Source: Minisyncoccota bacterium (GTDB lineage: Bacteria > Patescibacteriota > Minisyncoccia > Phycocordibacterales > UBA9973). Taken from it: a stretch of DNA of 64,000 nucleotides. The notes beneath the pieces are model-generated. The model ran no database searches and was not told the DNA's origin. It saw nothing but the letters and a program-made list of their open reading frames with translations. Shown here piece after piece: positions 9,811-19,205 of this stretch (position 1 is its first letter; each line of letters opens with the position of its first letter). The stretch spans positions 27,957 through 91,956 of the forward strand of contig JBAZSZ010000002.1 of NCBI GenBank assembly GCA_041662205.1, given 5' to 3'. A program made the translations under genes and the position numbers.

Positions 9811-10389
9811 TTATTCTCTAACAGTAACCACACTCCCATCTTGATTTAATTTGATCACTTTAGATGCTTTGCCTGTGATAGCTCCTCCATCTATATACAA
9901 AGAAATTGAATTGCCAAAATATTTTTTTGCTTCATCTATGTTTTGCGCAGGAGGCATACCTTCGATGTTTGCCGAAGGTGCCACAAGCGGACCTGTTTGC
10001 AATAACAACTTTCTTAAATCTTCATTTATAGGTATTCTAAAAGCGAGAGTGTTTGTTCCTCTATGTAAAAATGAAAGTGTTTTATCTGGGCAATCTAAAA
10101 TAATACTAAGTGGCTCAGAATCTTTAATTCCGCTCAAAGCAAACAAACTTTCTTTTAATTTGCTTTGTTGTTGTTCTGATAAAACAATAGAAAACTTTCC
10201 AAGTTCACCGATATTTCCAATCAATATAATACAAGGCTTATCAGGGCTTCTTTTACGCAAAGCGTAAATATGCTCAACCACTACAAGATCCAGCGCTTTG
10301 CCGACAATCCCATACAAAGTATCAGTCGGCATCACTGCCACCCCACTATTTTGCAAAACCTTTATTAAATTTGGATCATCCCATATCAT
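9811..10389 (-). CDS. Threonylcarbamoyl-AMP synthase (TsaC/Sua5/YrdC)
   Basis: PTDTLYG, PSAN; start placed at MIWDD. Confidence 0.88.
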   Translation of the reverse strand: MIWDDPNLIKVLQNSGVAVMPTDTLYGIVGKALDLVVVEHIYALRKRSPDKPCIILIGNIGELGKFSIVLSEQQQSKLKESLFALSGIKDSEPLSIILDCPDKTLSFLHRGTNTLAFRIPINEDLRKLLLQTGPLVAPSANIEGMPPAQNIDEAKKYFGNSISLYIDGGAITGKASKVIKLNQDGSVVTVRE

Positions 10390-10429
10390 TGAAATTATTT
10401 TACTCTTAGTGTATTCTTTACACAAGACT

Positions 10430-10846
10430 ATGAAAAGATTTTTAGATTTTTGTGAAAATACGGAAAATAAAATAAGGGTGTTCTTAAGTCGTTATCCTAT
10501 TATTTATGCCTTGATTGGAAGCTTGGGTGTAGTACTTTTTTGGCGAGGAATCTGGCACACCGCAGACGATATTAGTATGAGTAGTAGTGTCTCTCTTCTA
10601 GCTGGAATTTTAATCCTCCTAGCCACAGGATTGCTCGTCTATGAATTTATCGGAAATCGTCTCATCATCTCTGGTCTTATTGGCGAAGAAAAAATTACAA
10701 AAAAAGAAGAAGGTGAGATAAAAAAAGAAGAAAAAGAAATTGAAACAGAAGAAGCCCAGCTTAGAAATCTACAAAGTACTCTTTCAAGGCTAGAGAAAAA
10801 GCTAGACCTCATCGACGGAGAGGTAAAAAACAATCACACTAAATAA
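10430..10846 (+). CDS. Hypothetical membrane protein with C-terminal coiled coil
   Basis: GVVLFWRGIW TM pair plus charged tail; start placed at MKRFL. Confidence 0.7.
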   Translation: MKRFLDFCENTENKIRVFLSRYPIIYALIGSLGVVLFWRGIWHTADDISMSSSVSLLAGILILLATGLLVYEFIGNRLIISGLIGEEKITKKEEGEIKKEEKEIETEEAQLRNLQSTLSRLEKKLDLIDGEVKNNHTK

Positions 10847-11225
10847 TATTATCCGTTATTCTAAATGAAATATATCCAAGTAAGCCAAGCTGAATACTTG
10901 GGGTTAGCCCTATTCCAAGAAATGAAATAATAGGCATCAAAGAATTGTATGCCCATCTATGAGTCGAAAGAGCGTAATATTCAATACCAAAAGAAATAAT
11001 GATTCCCAAAAAAATTATCAGCCAGCTTTTATTTTTAAATGGAGCATAAAAAATAAATGGTAAAGTTATTAAAATTATAATCAAGGCATCCCAAAAAGAT
11101 GCCCTCAATAGAATAAGCTCAGTAATTTTTCCACCCATATAATTTGCATAAAAAACCGAATGCAAATTCTCCCAAACTGCATTCGAAACAAAAGCAATGA
11201 AGAATATAGAAAATATTTTTTTCAT
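10839..11225 (-). CDS. Hypothetical membrane protein
   Basis: 128-aa hydrophobic ORF. Confidence 0.7.
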   Translation of the reverse strand: MKKIFSIFFIAFVSNAVWENLHSVFYANYMGGKITELILLRASFWDALIIILITLPFIFYAPFKNKSWLIIFLGIIISFGIEYYALSTHRWAYNSLMPIISFLGIGLTPSIQLGLLGYISFRITDNII

Positions 11226-11226
11226 A

Positions 11227-11718
11227 TTAATGTATTTTTAAAAACTTTTCTTCCACATCTTTATAATGGTGAAGTAAAAAATGACAATTAAAACAAAGCC
11301 ACGCTAGGTTTAAAATAGAACTATTTTTTTTATTACGATCTATGTGGTGTACGGCTAATATTCTAAAATCTGTAGTTTTGCATATTTTGCAAATTTGAGG
11401 AATTTTATGTCTAAACATCGTGCTTCTATAAGAGTGTTTACCGTCTTTCCAGTTTGCATGTTTCGGACCAATAAAAACAGAATTTCTCCATTTTGTCTGG
11501 CAAGATTTTGTACAAAAATAAGTTTTACTTTTTGATAAACGAAGTGCTTTTACTGTTTTATATACCTCTAATCCACAAGAATGACATTTCACAATTTTCC
11601 CAGTCCTACTTCCAACACGCATACATTGTTGTGAACAATATTTAGCATGCCCTTTCTTTAGGAAAAAAGGTTTCCCATAAAATTCTTTTGAACAAATTTT
11701 GCATTTAACGATAGGCAC
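11227..11718 (-). CDS. HNH endonuclease with two N-terminal Cys4 zinc-finger repeats
   Basis: CxxC...YCSxxC twice, then CKIC...VHHIDRNKKN...NLAWLCFNCH; GTG start. Confidence 0.85.
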   Translation of the reverse strand: MPIVKCKICSKEFYGKPFFLKKGHAKYCSQQCMRVGSRTGKIVKCHSCGLEVYKTVKALRLSKSKTYFCTKSCQTKWRNSVFIGPKHANWKDGKHSYRSTMFRHKIPQICKICKTTDFRILAVHHIDRNKKNSSILNLAWLCFNCHFLLHHYKDVEEKFLKIH

Positions 11719-11813
11719 TCATTAATTTTATAAAATGATTTTACTTATGTAAACAAAATAAGTTGTGGATAATATTCCACAAACCTTTTATTTTACCAAT
11801 TCAATTTTTATTG

Positions 11814-11885
11814 GGGGCCTATTCGGTTATGCTCCGAATCCGAGAGCTCCACAAGCTCTAGTGCTACTATTACACCATAAGCCCC
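11814..11885 (-). tRNA. tRNA-His (GUG), atypical D and T loops
   Basis: G-1:C73 pair, anticodon arm AGAGC-TTGTGGA-GCTCT, intact acceptor, D and T stems. Confidence 0.85.
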
Positions 11886-11970
11886 ATGTATGGTTATTTA
11901 TAACAATAAACGAGGAGTATATGCAAGTTTATTTGCATAATATGTGGCCAAATTACTATAAAAATGCTAC

Positions 11971-12195
11971 TTAAATAGATTTTCTAATTTTTATTAGATC
12001 GTAAACAGCAGAAAGAATAAAAATAATTTGCAAAATTGCAAAGATGGTATCTTTTAAATAAATACTATAGATCTCCAAGCACCCTCCTCCTACGATATAC
12101 AGAATATTTTGATGTTTTCTATTTTTCAACAACAAACCGACAGAAATCAAAAGAAGTCCGACAATTCCTATTAATTTGAAAATATTTATATCCAT
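11971..12195 (-). CDS. Small three-TM membrane protein
   Basis: 74-aa hydrophobic ORF between two tRNAs. Confidence 0.65.
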   Translation of the reverse strand: MDINIFKLIGIVGLLLISVGLLLKNRKHQNILYIVGGGCLEIYSIYLKDTIFAILQIIFILSAVYDLIKIRKSI

Positions 12196-12203
12196 GAATT
12201 TTG

Positions 12204-12287
12204 TGCCCAGGGGGAGATTTGAACTCCCATGCCCTTGCGGGCGCTACCACCTCAAGGTAGTACGTCTACCAGTTTCGCCACCTGGGC
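12204..12287 (-). tRNA. tRNA-Leu (GAG)
   Basis: CTACC-TTGAGGT-GGTAG arm, long variable arm, GTTCAAATC. Confidence 0.95.
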
Positions 12288-12326
12288 ATATTAGGAGTAT
12301 AGCAAGAGATTAGAAAAATTAAAAAA

Positions 12327-12737
12327 CTATTCCGCCACTTCTTCGGCTACTTCTTTTTGTTCCTCTGAGTGAGTAACAGAACGCATTTTTTTGCGAACGT
12401 CTTTGACTGCCTTAGTACGAATATAGTAAAGTTTTGATCTGCGAGCGCGAGATCTTTTAGTTATTTTAATTTCCCCTATCATCGGAGAATATAATGGAAA
12501 AATTCTTTCTACTCCAACACCAGAAGCTACCTTTCTAACAGTAAAAGTAGCACCTGCCTCGGTACCGTGTTTACGAGCAAGGACTATCCCTTCAAAAAGC
12601 TGGAAACGAGACTTGCCTTTTTCGTCTATAATTTTTGACGAAACAGAAACTGTATCCCCCGCTTTAAAATTAAGCTTCTTGCGCTCCTCAATATCCACCG
12701 GACTAAATTTTATTTTATTGATTTTATTTCCTGCCAT
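12327..12737 (-). CDS. rplS: 50S ribosomal protein bL19
   Basis: FEGIVLAR, FTVRKVASGVGVERIFPLYSP, RRSKLYY. Confidence 0.97.
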   Translation of the reverse strand: MAGNKINKIKFSPVDIEERKKLNFKAGDTVSVSSKIIDEKGKSRFQLFEGIVLARKHGTEAGATFTVRKVASGVGVERIFPLYSPMIGEIKITKRSRARRSKLYYIRTKAVKDVRKKMRSVTHSEEQKEVAEEVAE

Positions 12738-12767
12738 AGTGGACTTAATCTAACATAAACAGCCTCT

Positions 12768-14471
12768 TTAGGCAAATTCTTGTTGATAACACTTTACGCA
12801 ATAGACTATCTCTGGTCTCTCTGGCGCATAAGAAGTCCTGATAATATCACCACATTTCATACATTCACGATCATACAATCCCGGTTTTTGTAATTTATCA
12901 AAACGAGATTTTTCCCTGCATTTTAGGCATCTAGCCGGCAATGGTAGATTCATCTTTCGTAGTAGATCAAATTCCAAGCTGGCAATTTTATATTTCCTTT
13001 CACAAGTGGCGCAAGAAATTATTTCTTTTAAGATTGATTCATCTACTTCTGCAATAGTTTCAGGTAAATCTTTTCCTGAAAGAGTAGCCTCCGCTTGTTT
13101 TTCTTCTTCATCATTCCAAGCATAGCCATCTTTCTGTGCTTCCTCTTTTGTCTTTGGAAAAAATTTACAAGCGTTAGAATTATTATAAGCAAATTTACTA
13201 AATCCAGGCTGGAAAAATTCTCCATGCGGCCAAGCTCTCCCCTTTTCATCTATGTAAGGATTCTTTTTCATATCCTCAATAATTTTTTCTTTCAAAATTT
13301 CATATTCTTTTTTATTGTATTCTTTATTTAAAATACAATGACTTTTGCGCTTAAGATTCACACAACCAAAATTATTTTTTGACGCTGTGCACCAAAGACA
13401 ATATTCTGTGTTAAGTATTTCAGGGAAACAATAGGCTGAGAATTTCGTATTGCTGACGCTGTCTCCCACACTAGCTGATTCATAAATAAGCTCGGCATTA
13501 GCTCCCCAACCGGAATAATCAAAACAGTCTTTGGTTGATTTCACACTAATAAGCTGACACCATTTGCAATTTTCTAAATGGCTAGCTATATATATTTCCT
13601 TAGAATTTTTTGATTTATAAAGATATTCTCCAGTAACATTTAGATTAAAAGTATCTCCAGTAAAAGAACGATAAGGAAATTTCTGCCAAAATATTTCCGC
13701 CTCTTTTTTAAACACATTAATACCAGAACGAGTATTTAATCTTAACTCTTTCAATTTATTCAAATATTCTTCCTTGGTATACTGAACATTAAAAATTCTA
13801 TAAGAAGCACCACGCAAATTCACACAACCGACACAGCTCATACAACCATAACAATTACGCGAAAAATACACTTCGTTACAATCATCACATTCCTGTGAAT
13901 AAAAAGTATGGTAGCATTTACGTTGGCCTATGGACTCATAACATAATTCAGAACCAAAAATTCGCAAACTATCAGCTGTATCCTTAGCTCCGTTTAAAAT
14001 TGAAGAAAAATAAACATTTTCACAATAATCTGCCGCAGTAATTAAGGTACAATTTTTTGAATAAGCTAAAGCATTGCAATATTCACAATTTTTAAGAGTT
14101 AAATAAGTAGATTCAAGTGCAACATATGGGGTTTTTTCTGAAAGTTCTTTCCATTGTGCTAAAAACGACCGATTATGATTATAATCCATCGCATATTCAG
14201 TGCCATCCCAATCATCCGCCCACCAACATGACTGACAATATACAATAATTTTCTGTGTTGATGGATACATTGAAAGTGTGCGTTTCTTACACTTGTCACA
14301 ATTTCTACAAAAGAGGGACCACCAATTAATAGAAGACATACGCCTTATCATCCGACATTCTGGACACCAAGTCGGTGCTGGCACTTTAATCTTTTCGTAA
14401 AAATTAAAATCTTCCGGTTCAATGGTAAAGTCTTTCTGACAGTTTTTACATACTTTTGTTTCAGCTTCCAT
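12768..14471 (-). CDS. Cys-rich hypothetical protein with terminal zinc ribbons
   Basis: CKNC...CPEC N-terminus, central Cys/Ser-rich repeats, CMKC...VYCVKCY C-terminus. Confidence 0.75.
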   Translation of the reverse strand: MEAETKVCKNCQKDFTIEPEDFNFYEKIKVPAPTWCPECRMIRRMSSINWWSLFCRNCDKCKKRTLSMYPSTQKIIVYCQSCWWADDWDGTEYAMDYNHNRSFLAQWKELSEKTPYVALESTYLTLKNCEYCNALAYSKNCTLITAADYCENVYFSSILNGAKDTADSLRIFGSELCYESIGQRKCYHTFYSQECDDCNEVYFSRNCYGCMSCVGCVNLRGASYRIFNVQYTKEEYLNKLKELRLNTRSGINVFKKEAEIFWQKFPYRSFTGDTFNLNVTGEYLYKSKNSKEIYIASHLENCKWCQLISVKSTKDCFDYSGWGANAELIYESASVGDSVSNTKFSAYCFPEILNTEYCLWCTASKNNFGCVNLKRKSHCILNKEYNKKEYEILKEKIIEDMKKNPYIDEKGRAWPHGEFFQPGFSKFAYNNSNACKFFPKTKEEAQKDGYAWNDEEEKQAEATLSGKDLPETIAEVDESILKEIISCATCERKYKIASLEFDLLRKMNLPLPARCLKCREKSRFDKLQKPGLYDRECMKCGDIIRTSYAPERPEIVYCVKCYQQEFA

Positions 14472-14475
14472 TTTA

Positions 14476-15216
14476 TTATTCTATAATCTTTTTAAACTCT
14501 TCTGGTATTGGAGATTCTATTTTTATAGTTTCACCTTTAAGATTCTTAAATTCTATAGATTTCGCGTGCAAAGCTAAGCGCGAGATGCCCTTGGGGCAAG
14601 GATTATCAGGATTATAGAGAGAATCACAAGCGACAGGGTGATTTAAGAATTTCATATGCACGCGGATCTGGTGCGTCCGGCCAGTTTTAGGTCTAACTTC
14701 AATATATGTAAAATTTCCAGACAGGAGCTTATGAAAATTTTTATCGGTGTGGGAACCCTTTAGGGAGGAACCGGAAAAATTTTCATAAGCTCCTGTTTTA
14801 AATCTTTTTAATACTCTATATTGAGTTATCGCCTCTCGCATTTCTCCACGCGCTCCACGACCAGCAGAATAACGTCGAAAGTCCTTTGGACTTCTCCCGA
14901 TAGGTTTATTTATTATCCCCCGTTCATTTTTTACATTTCCCGAAACAATAGCATGATAAATCTTTTTTATTTCTCTGTTCTTAAATTGACTCTTGAGAAA
15001 TTCATGAGCTTTTTTATTTTTAGCTATCAGCATTACACCAGAAGTTCCTTTGTCTAACCTATGCACTAATTCTGCTTTTGGATATTTTTTTACAGCCCAA
15101 TCTAAAATAGTTTTTTCCTTACTGGTTTTATCGGGGTGCACCAAAATCCCCGAAGGTTTATCTATGGCTAAAATATTAGTATCCTCATATAAAATTTTTA
15201 TTTTTTCTGGCATCAT
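14476..15216 (-). CDS. RluA/RluD-family pseudouridine synthase carrying an in-frame hairpin insert
   Basis: DKPSGILVH, HRLDKGTSG, TGRTHQIRVH, LHA. Confidence 0.93.
   Translation of the reverse strand: MMPEKIKILYEDTNILAIDKPSGILVHPDKTSKEKTILDWAVKKYPKAELVHRLDKGTSGVMLIAKNKKAHEFLKSQFKNREIKKIYHAIVSGNVKNERGIINKPIGRSPKDFRRYSAGRGARGEMREAITQYRVLKRFKTGAYENFSGSSLKGSHTDKNFHKLLSGNFTYIEVRPKTGRTHQIRVHMKFLNHPVACDSLYNPDNPCPKGISRLALHAKSIEFKNLKGETIKIESPIPEEFKKIIE
14721..14796. repeat. In-frame hairpin element with perfect 22-bp inverted arms
   Basis: acaggagcttatgaaaattttt / aaaaattttcataagctcctgt around a 32-nt core. Confidence 0.9.
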
Positions 15217-15854
15217 ATTTCCGCATTGTCTGCAATCAAGATATACACTGTCTTATAAACTGAATATATGAATATACAAAAAATACTCACAAAAACGAGT
15301 GGGGTTCCTGTATGCATAAAATCAGCTAAAATATTAAATAATTGTTTAATCAAATTAAGTGGACTTAGAAACAAATCCCAACTATTCCATCTTTCAAATC
15401 TTCCCAAATATACTCCAAAACTTGAAACAAAACAAATAATAAAAATTATTATCTCAGAAAATAAAATACTTAAATGATTCTTTAAATATTGATGAATATG
15501 AAAAAGAGAAATCATTCCTAAAAATAAACCGATCCAGCCAAAGAAAAAGAAAAGTAAACTATCATACCATACGAGAAGTGGAGGGCTCGAAACTATATGC
15601 ATCACATCCGTCACTAAATATGGAGCATTCGGAAAAAATAAAAGCCATAAAAAAAAGAGTGGTATAAAGATATTTATTGGTGTATCCTTTTTTATAAGAT
15701 ATAAAGATATTAAATATGGTATCCAAGCTAAAAAAAGATTCCAGATTAAATATAAAGGTGTTGTCATCCCTAATAGATCAAGACGAGTCAGATCGAAAAT
15801 AACAGCTACGATCGAAATTATGATGAGTATTTGAGTTATTTTTTTAGTTTTCAT
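15213..15854 (-). CDS. DUF1361-like membrane protein
   Basis: WNLFLAWIP, WLLFFPNAPYLVTD, GVYLGRFERWNSWD. Confidence 0.85.
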   Translation of the reverse strand: MKTKKITQILIIISIVAVIFDLTRLDLLGMTTPLYLIWNLFLAWIPYLISLYLIKKDTPINIFIPLFFLWLLFFPNAPYLVTDVMHIVSSPPLLVWYDSLLFFFFGWIGLFLGMISLFHIHQYLKNHLSILFSEIIIFIICFVSSFGVYLGRFERWNSWDLFLSPLNLIKQLFNILADFMHTGTPLVFVSIFCIFIYSVYKTVYILIADNAEI

Positions 15855-15890
15855 AATAATTGATTTTCTGATTAAAATTAAAAACTTTCA

Positions 15891-16811
15891 TTACAAAAAT
15901 AATATCGCACTCCCAATAATCATAATGATGATAGCAATAATTTTGGGTATTAAAAAAATTTTTGTTAAGTTTTCTTTGGCAATATTTGGAAAAAATTTAG
16001 TGGTAAATATAGTTAAAAAAAGAACAATTACCGGCTGAAAACTACTTACAAGATAAACCAGAGCAACAGGAGCTAAAAGCAATGCAAAATTTGTCAAAAG
16101 ATTGCCAGCAATTGACATCAATTCGCTTACAGTATTTACAATAAAAATTGTGCTTCCTCCTTTCTTGTTCATATGGAAAAACGACTTTCGATAGTGTGGG
16201 ACAAAAAGAAAAATAAAAAAACCTGACACTCCTAAGCCAAAATATTCCCAAAAAGAAGAAATCCAAAAATTATTTCCTACTGTTACGTATTTAAAAATAA
16301 CTCCAGATATAGCTACCGCAATACATGCAAAAACCATATAAAGCACAGGCTTATGTTTAAAACCTTTTTTTTCTTTACTAAAATCTAAAGAAATCAAAAT
16401 TAAACCTAAAAAAATTATCCCTGATCCAATAAATTGATTGAGTACTAAAGTCTCCCCAAGAAAAAAATAACCTAAAATATATCCAAAAATAGGAACAGAA
16501 AGAAACCATGGAACAACTGTGGAGGTTTCTTCTATTTCTAGGGCAAATAAATATAAAACAATCCAAATAATAGTTAAAATACCACAGACAAAAAGCAAAA
16601 GTTTATCTAAAATTGGAATATTGAATATATCAGGAATGAAAATCCATATTAAAAAAGAAATAAAAATCCCAATTAAACCAGAAAAAAGAACAAGTCCACC
16701 AGAACTATGTTCTTCCTCTTTGTGGGAAAATCTAGTAACTAAATATTTATCAGCCAGATTTACTAATGCCCATAAAAATGGCGCCGCTAAAGCTATAAAA
16801 AACCATTGCAT
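15891..16811 (-). CDS. EamA/DMT-family transporter
   Basis: About 10 TM helices, DK motif after TM1; start placed at MQWFF. Confidence 0.78.
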   Translation of the reverse strand: MQWFFIALAAPFLWALVNLADKYLVTRFSHKEEEHSSGGLVLFSGLIGIFISFLIWIFIPDIFNIPILDKLLLFVCGILTIIWIVLYLFALEIEETSTVVPWFLSVPIFGYILGYFFLGETLVLNQFIGSGIIFLGLILISLDFSKEKKGFKHKPVLYMVFACIAVAISGVIFKYVTVGNNFWISSFWEYFGLGVSGFFIFLFVPHYRKSFFHMNKKGGSTIFIVNTVSELMSIAGNLLTNFALLLAPVALVYLVSSFQPVIVLFLTIFTTKFFPNIAKENLTKIFLIPKIIAIIIMIIGSAILFL

Positions 16812-16879
16812 AAGGGTATTATAACATGCATAGTTAAAATATTGACCATTAATTCTTTGCTTAACTAATATAATAATAT

Positions 16880-17091
16880 ATGGAAAATATAAACAAAGAA
16901 AGAACACCCGAAAAGCTTGAAAAAGAAAAAAGATCTTATATAAAAAGATAGAAGAAACACCTAAAACAGACCAAGAAACTTATAGTAATTTAAATTTAGC
17001 CCTAACGATTTTAACAAATTTTACTGCATAAAAAATAGATGATGCAATAAAAAATATTGAAGAAATTAGACAAACAGATATCACTGAATAA
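16880..17091 (+). pseudogene. Possible degraded ORF (frameshift and internal stop)
   Basis: MENINKERTPEKLEKEK continues in another frame as KIEETPKTDQE...*...IEEIRQTDITE*. Confidence 0.3.
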
Positions 17092-17108
17092 TATGCTTTG
17101 CAATTTTG

Positions 17109-17180
17109 TGCCCTTGGTAGGAATCGAACCTACATCAAAGCCTTAGAAGAGCTTCGTTCTATCCATTGAACTACAAGGGC
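17109..17180 (-). tRNA. tRNA-Arg (UCU)
   Basis: AAGCT-CTTCTAA-GGCTT arm, GGTTCGATTCC. Confidence 0.95.
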
Positions 17181-17205
17181 TATTGCCCCGCCAAAAGCGT
17201 GGGTG

Positions 17206-17278
17206 TGCGCGGTGAGGGACTCGAACCCCCGACCTTCTCAGTGTAAATGAGTTGCTCTACCAACTGAGCTAACCGCGC
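17206..17278 (-). tRNA. tRNA-Val (UAC)
   Basis: CTCA-TTTACAC-TGAG arm, GGTTCGAGTCC. Confidence 0.95.
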
Positions 17279-17452
17279 ATATATATTTATTGACAAAAGA
17301 ACTAAATAACCAACATTAAGTTAACGACCTACCAAAACAGCTAACCGCGCAAATATTTATACTTTTAAAAAAACAAATATATATTTAAACTAACATTTTT
17401 ACAACAAGGGGTCAACGTATCTATACAAATTCTTTTATGATATCATTAAAGA

Positions 17453-17809
17453 ATGGCACATGAATACATTGATATAAAAGATGATAAAAAGTCTTTAGCT
17501 CTAAACACTATCAAATATAATACTGAAGATATATTTCGCAGGTATGGGAAAACACCGCTTGAATCACTGGATAATAAAACAAAAGAAGCTCTAAAGAGGT
17601 CTATAGCAACAATAATAACAACTCATCTTTCTCCTATAAGAAACGATGATTATTTTAAGAAAAACCCTGGAATGATAACAAACAACATACTCGAAATAAA
17701 GAAAAATATGGAATCAAGCCATGGAGCAACTGCTGGTAAACTTTTTATAGAAGCAGTAGAACTATCCTTAGGTGAAAAGGGGCTCAATACTATTATAATA
17801 AATCAATAA
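17453..17809 (+). CDS. Hypothetical protein
   Basis: 118-aa ORF with TGATATCAT -10-like box 6 nt before the ATG. Confidence 0.6.
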   Translation: MAHEYIDIKDDKKSLALNTIKYNTEDIFRRYGKTPLESLDNKTKEALKRSIATIITTHLSPIRNDDYFKKNPGMITNNILEIKKNMESSHGATAGKLFIEAVELSLGEKGLNTIIINQ

Positions 17810-17818
17810 TTAGAAAAA

Positions 17819-18130
17819 TTAGAACGAAGGGTCAGCGACGGGTGCAGAAGAATTTAATATTTCCGCCGACTTCTTTTCTCTTTCAGAAAAATAATTTAAT
17901 ACTTTTTTGATACGCTCTTTGTTGATCATAGGAGATTGTCCGCTATCATTTGTATTCGATAAAATGTGATCTTGGTTTATTTGCATAAAAATACGATAAC
18001 TAAAAAGAAAAGATAGAAAAATTATTACAACGGCGCAAAAGAGAACGATTCTCCAATAAAAATGTGTATGAAAAATAAAATCTTTCTTCTTAAAACTTTT
18101 TTCTTTTTTAAATAAGTTTATTTTTATCAT
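17819..18130 (-). CDS. Membrane-anchored protein in the pilMNO operon
   Basis: Single TM helix; start overlaps the stop of the pilO-like gene. Confidence 0.7.
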   Translation of the reverse strand: MIKINLFKKEKSFKKKDFIFHTHFYWRIVLFCAVVIIFLSFLFSYRIFMQINQDHILSNTNDSGQSPMINKERIKKVLNYFSEREKKSAEILNSSAPVADPSF

Positions 18131-18654
18131 GGGATAAAGCTTAAAAGTTGTATTTTAAAAACGGCCTCCCAATTTGAATCTTTAGTATTTGTCTCAGACA
18201 CAGTAAGTTTTTTTATATCCATCGACAGAAACTCAAGTTCATAAGGAGAATTTTCTAAAAGAGTCAAAAATTTATAAATAGCTTCAAATCTGCCTGATAT
18301 TTTCAATCCAACTATTAATTCTGAATTATTTTCTTTCGAATCAACTGAATTTATCTGAATAAAAACTCCAACTTCTGATGCTACCTTTTCTATTAAATTC
18401 AAAAAAGGAACAATATCAGAACTTTTAACAAAATGACTATCAAGTAAAACCTTGTCAGGAGTAATTTCTTGAAGAGATTGGTTGAGAGACGCAATATTGT
18501 TACGCCTAAATGTTTCTGTTTGTAAATTTATCGTATCTTGTTGTGTTTTTTGATTATGATCATTTATTTCTTGATAAAAAAACAAAAAAACAAAACCGAA
18601 CAGCAAAAATGTTAAGGAGGTAAATATTAATATTTTTTGAAAATTATTTTTCAT
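18127..18654 (-). CDS. PilO-like type IV pilus protein
   Basis: TM helix plus ISGRFEAIYKFLTLLENSPY; operon position. Confidence 0.7.
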   Translation of the reverse strand: MKNNFQKILIFTSLTFLLFGFVFLFFYQEINDHNQKTQQDTINLQTETFRRNNIASLNQSLQEITPDKVLLDSHFVKSSDIVPFLNLIEKVASEVGVFIQINSVDSKENNSELIVGLKISGRFEAIYKFLTLLENSPYELEFLSMDIKKLTVSETNTKDSNWEAVFKIQLLSFIP

Positions 18655-18657
18655 ATT

Positions 18658-19200
18658 TTATGCAGGAATTAAACTCAAATTAAAATTAATATTGGATCCT
18701 TTCACAAAATTTGAAATCGGTAAATTGACATTTTTGAAAGCTAGGCTATTTTCTAATGCCTCACGAAACAAAAGCAGAACTTCCCGAGACGGCGACACTC
18801 CGCTAATGTTTATTTTTCTTCCACTTATTCCTTTGTTTTCATATGAAATATAAGTGATTTTAATATCAGATCTTTTATTTAAAAGAATGGCATTGATTAC
18901 TTTAACAGAAAGAGGAAATTTATTTTTTTCAAAATTTTCAACTAAAATAATTTTATTATTTATATCTTTTACTAAGGCAAGAGAGCTTTCTTCTGCAGTA
19001 GGCAACGGTTCTAATTTTTGATTCTCTAATTTTGCGACAATTAAAGAATGTTTCATAGAAGAAATAAAATAAGACGGTAATAAAGAAACAAAAGCGACTA
19101 GAATACAAAGGTCCAACATAACTACAAACAAAACTGCAAGTCTATAATAAAAATCTATAACTATTTTCTTTTTTTCTTCTGTTGGAATTAAATTAATCAT
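18658..19200 (-). CDS. PilN-like type IV pilus protein
   Basis: MINLIP start, TM helix, INISGVS...F..VNLP. Confidence 0.75.
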   Translation of the reverse strand: MINLIPTEEKKKIVIDFYYRLAVLFVVMLDLCILVAFVSLLPSYFISSMKHSLIVAKLENQKLEPLPTAEESSLALVKDINNKIILVENFEKNKFPLSVKVINAILLNKRSDIKITYISYENKGISGRKINISGVSPSREVLLLFREALENSLAFKNVNLPISNFVKGSNINFNLSLIPA

Positions 19201-19205
19201 TTATT

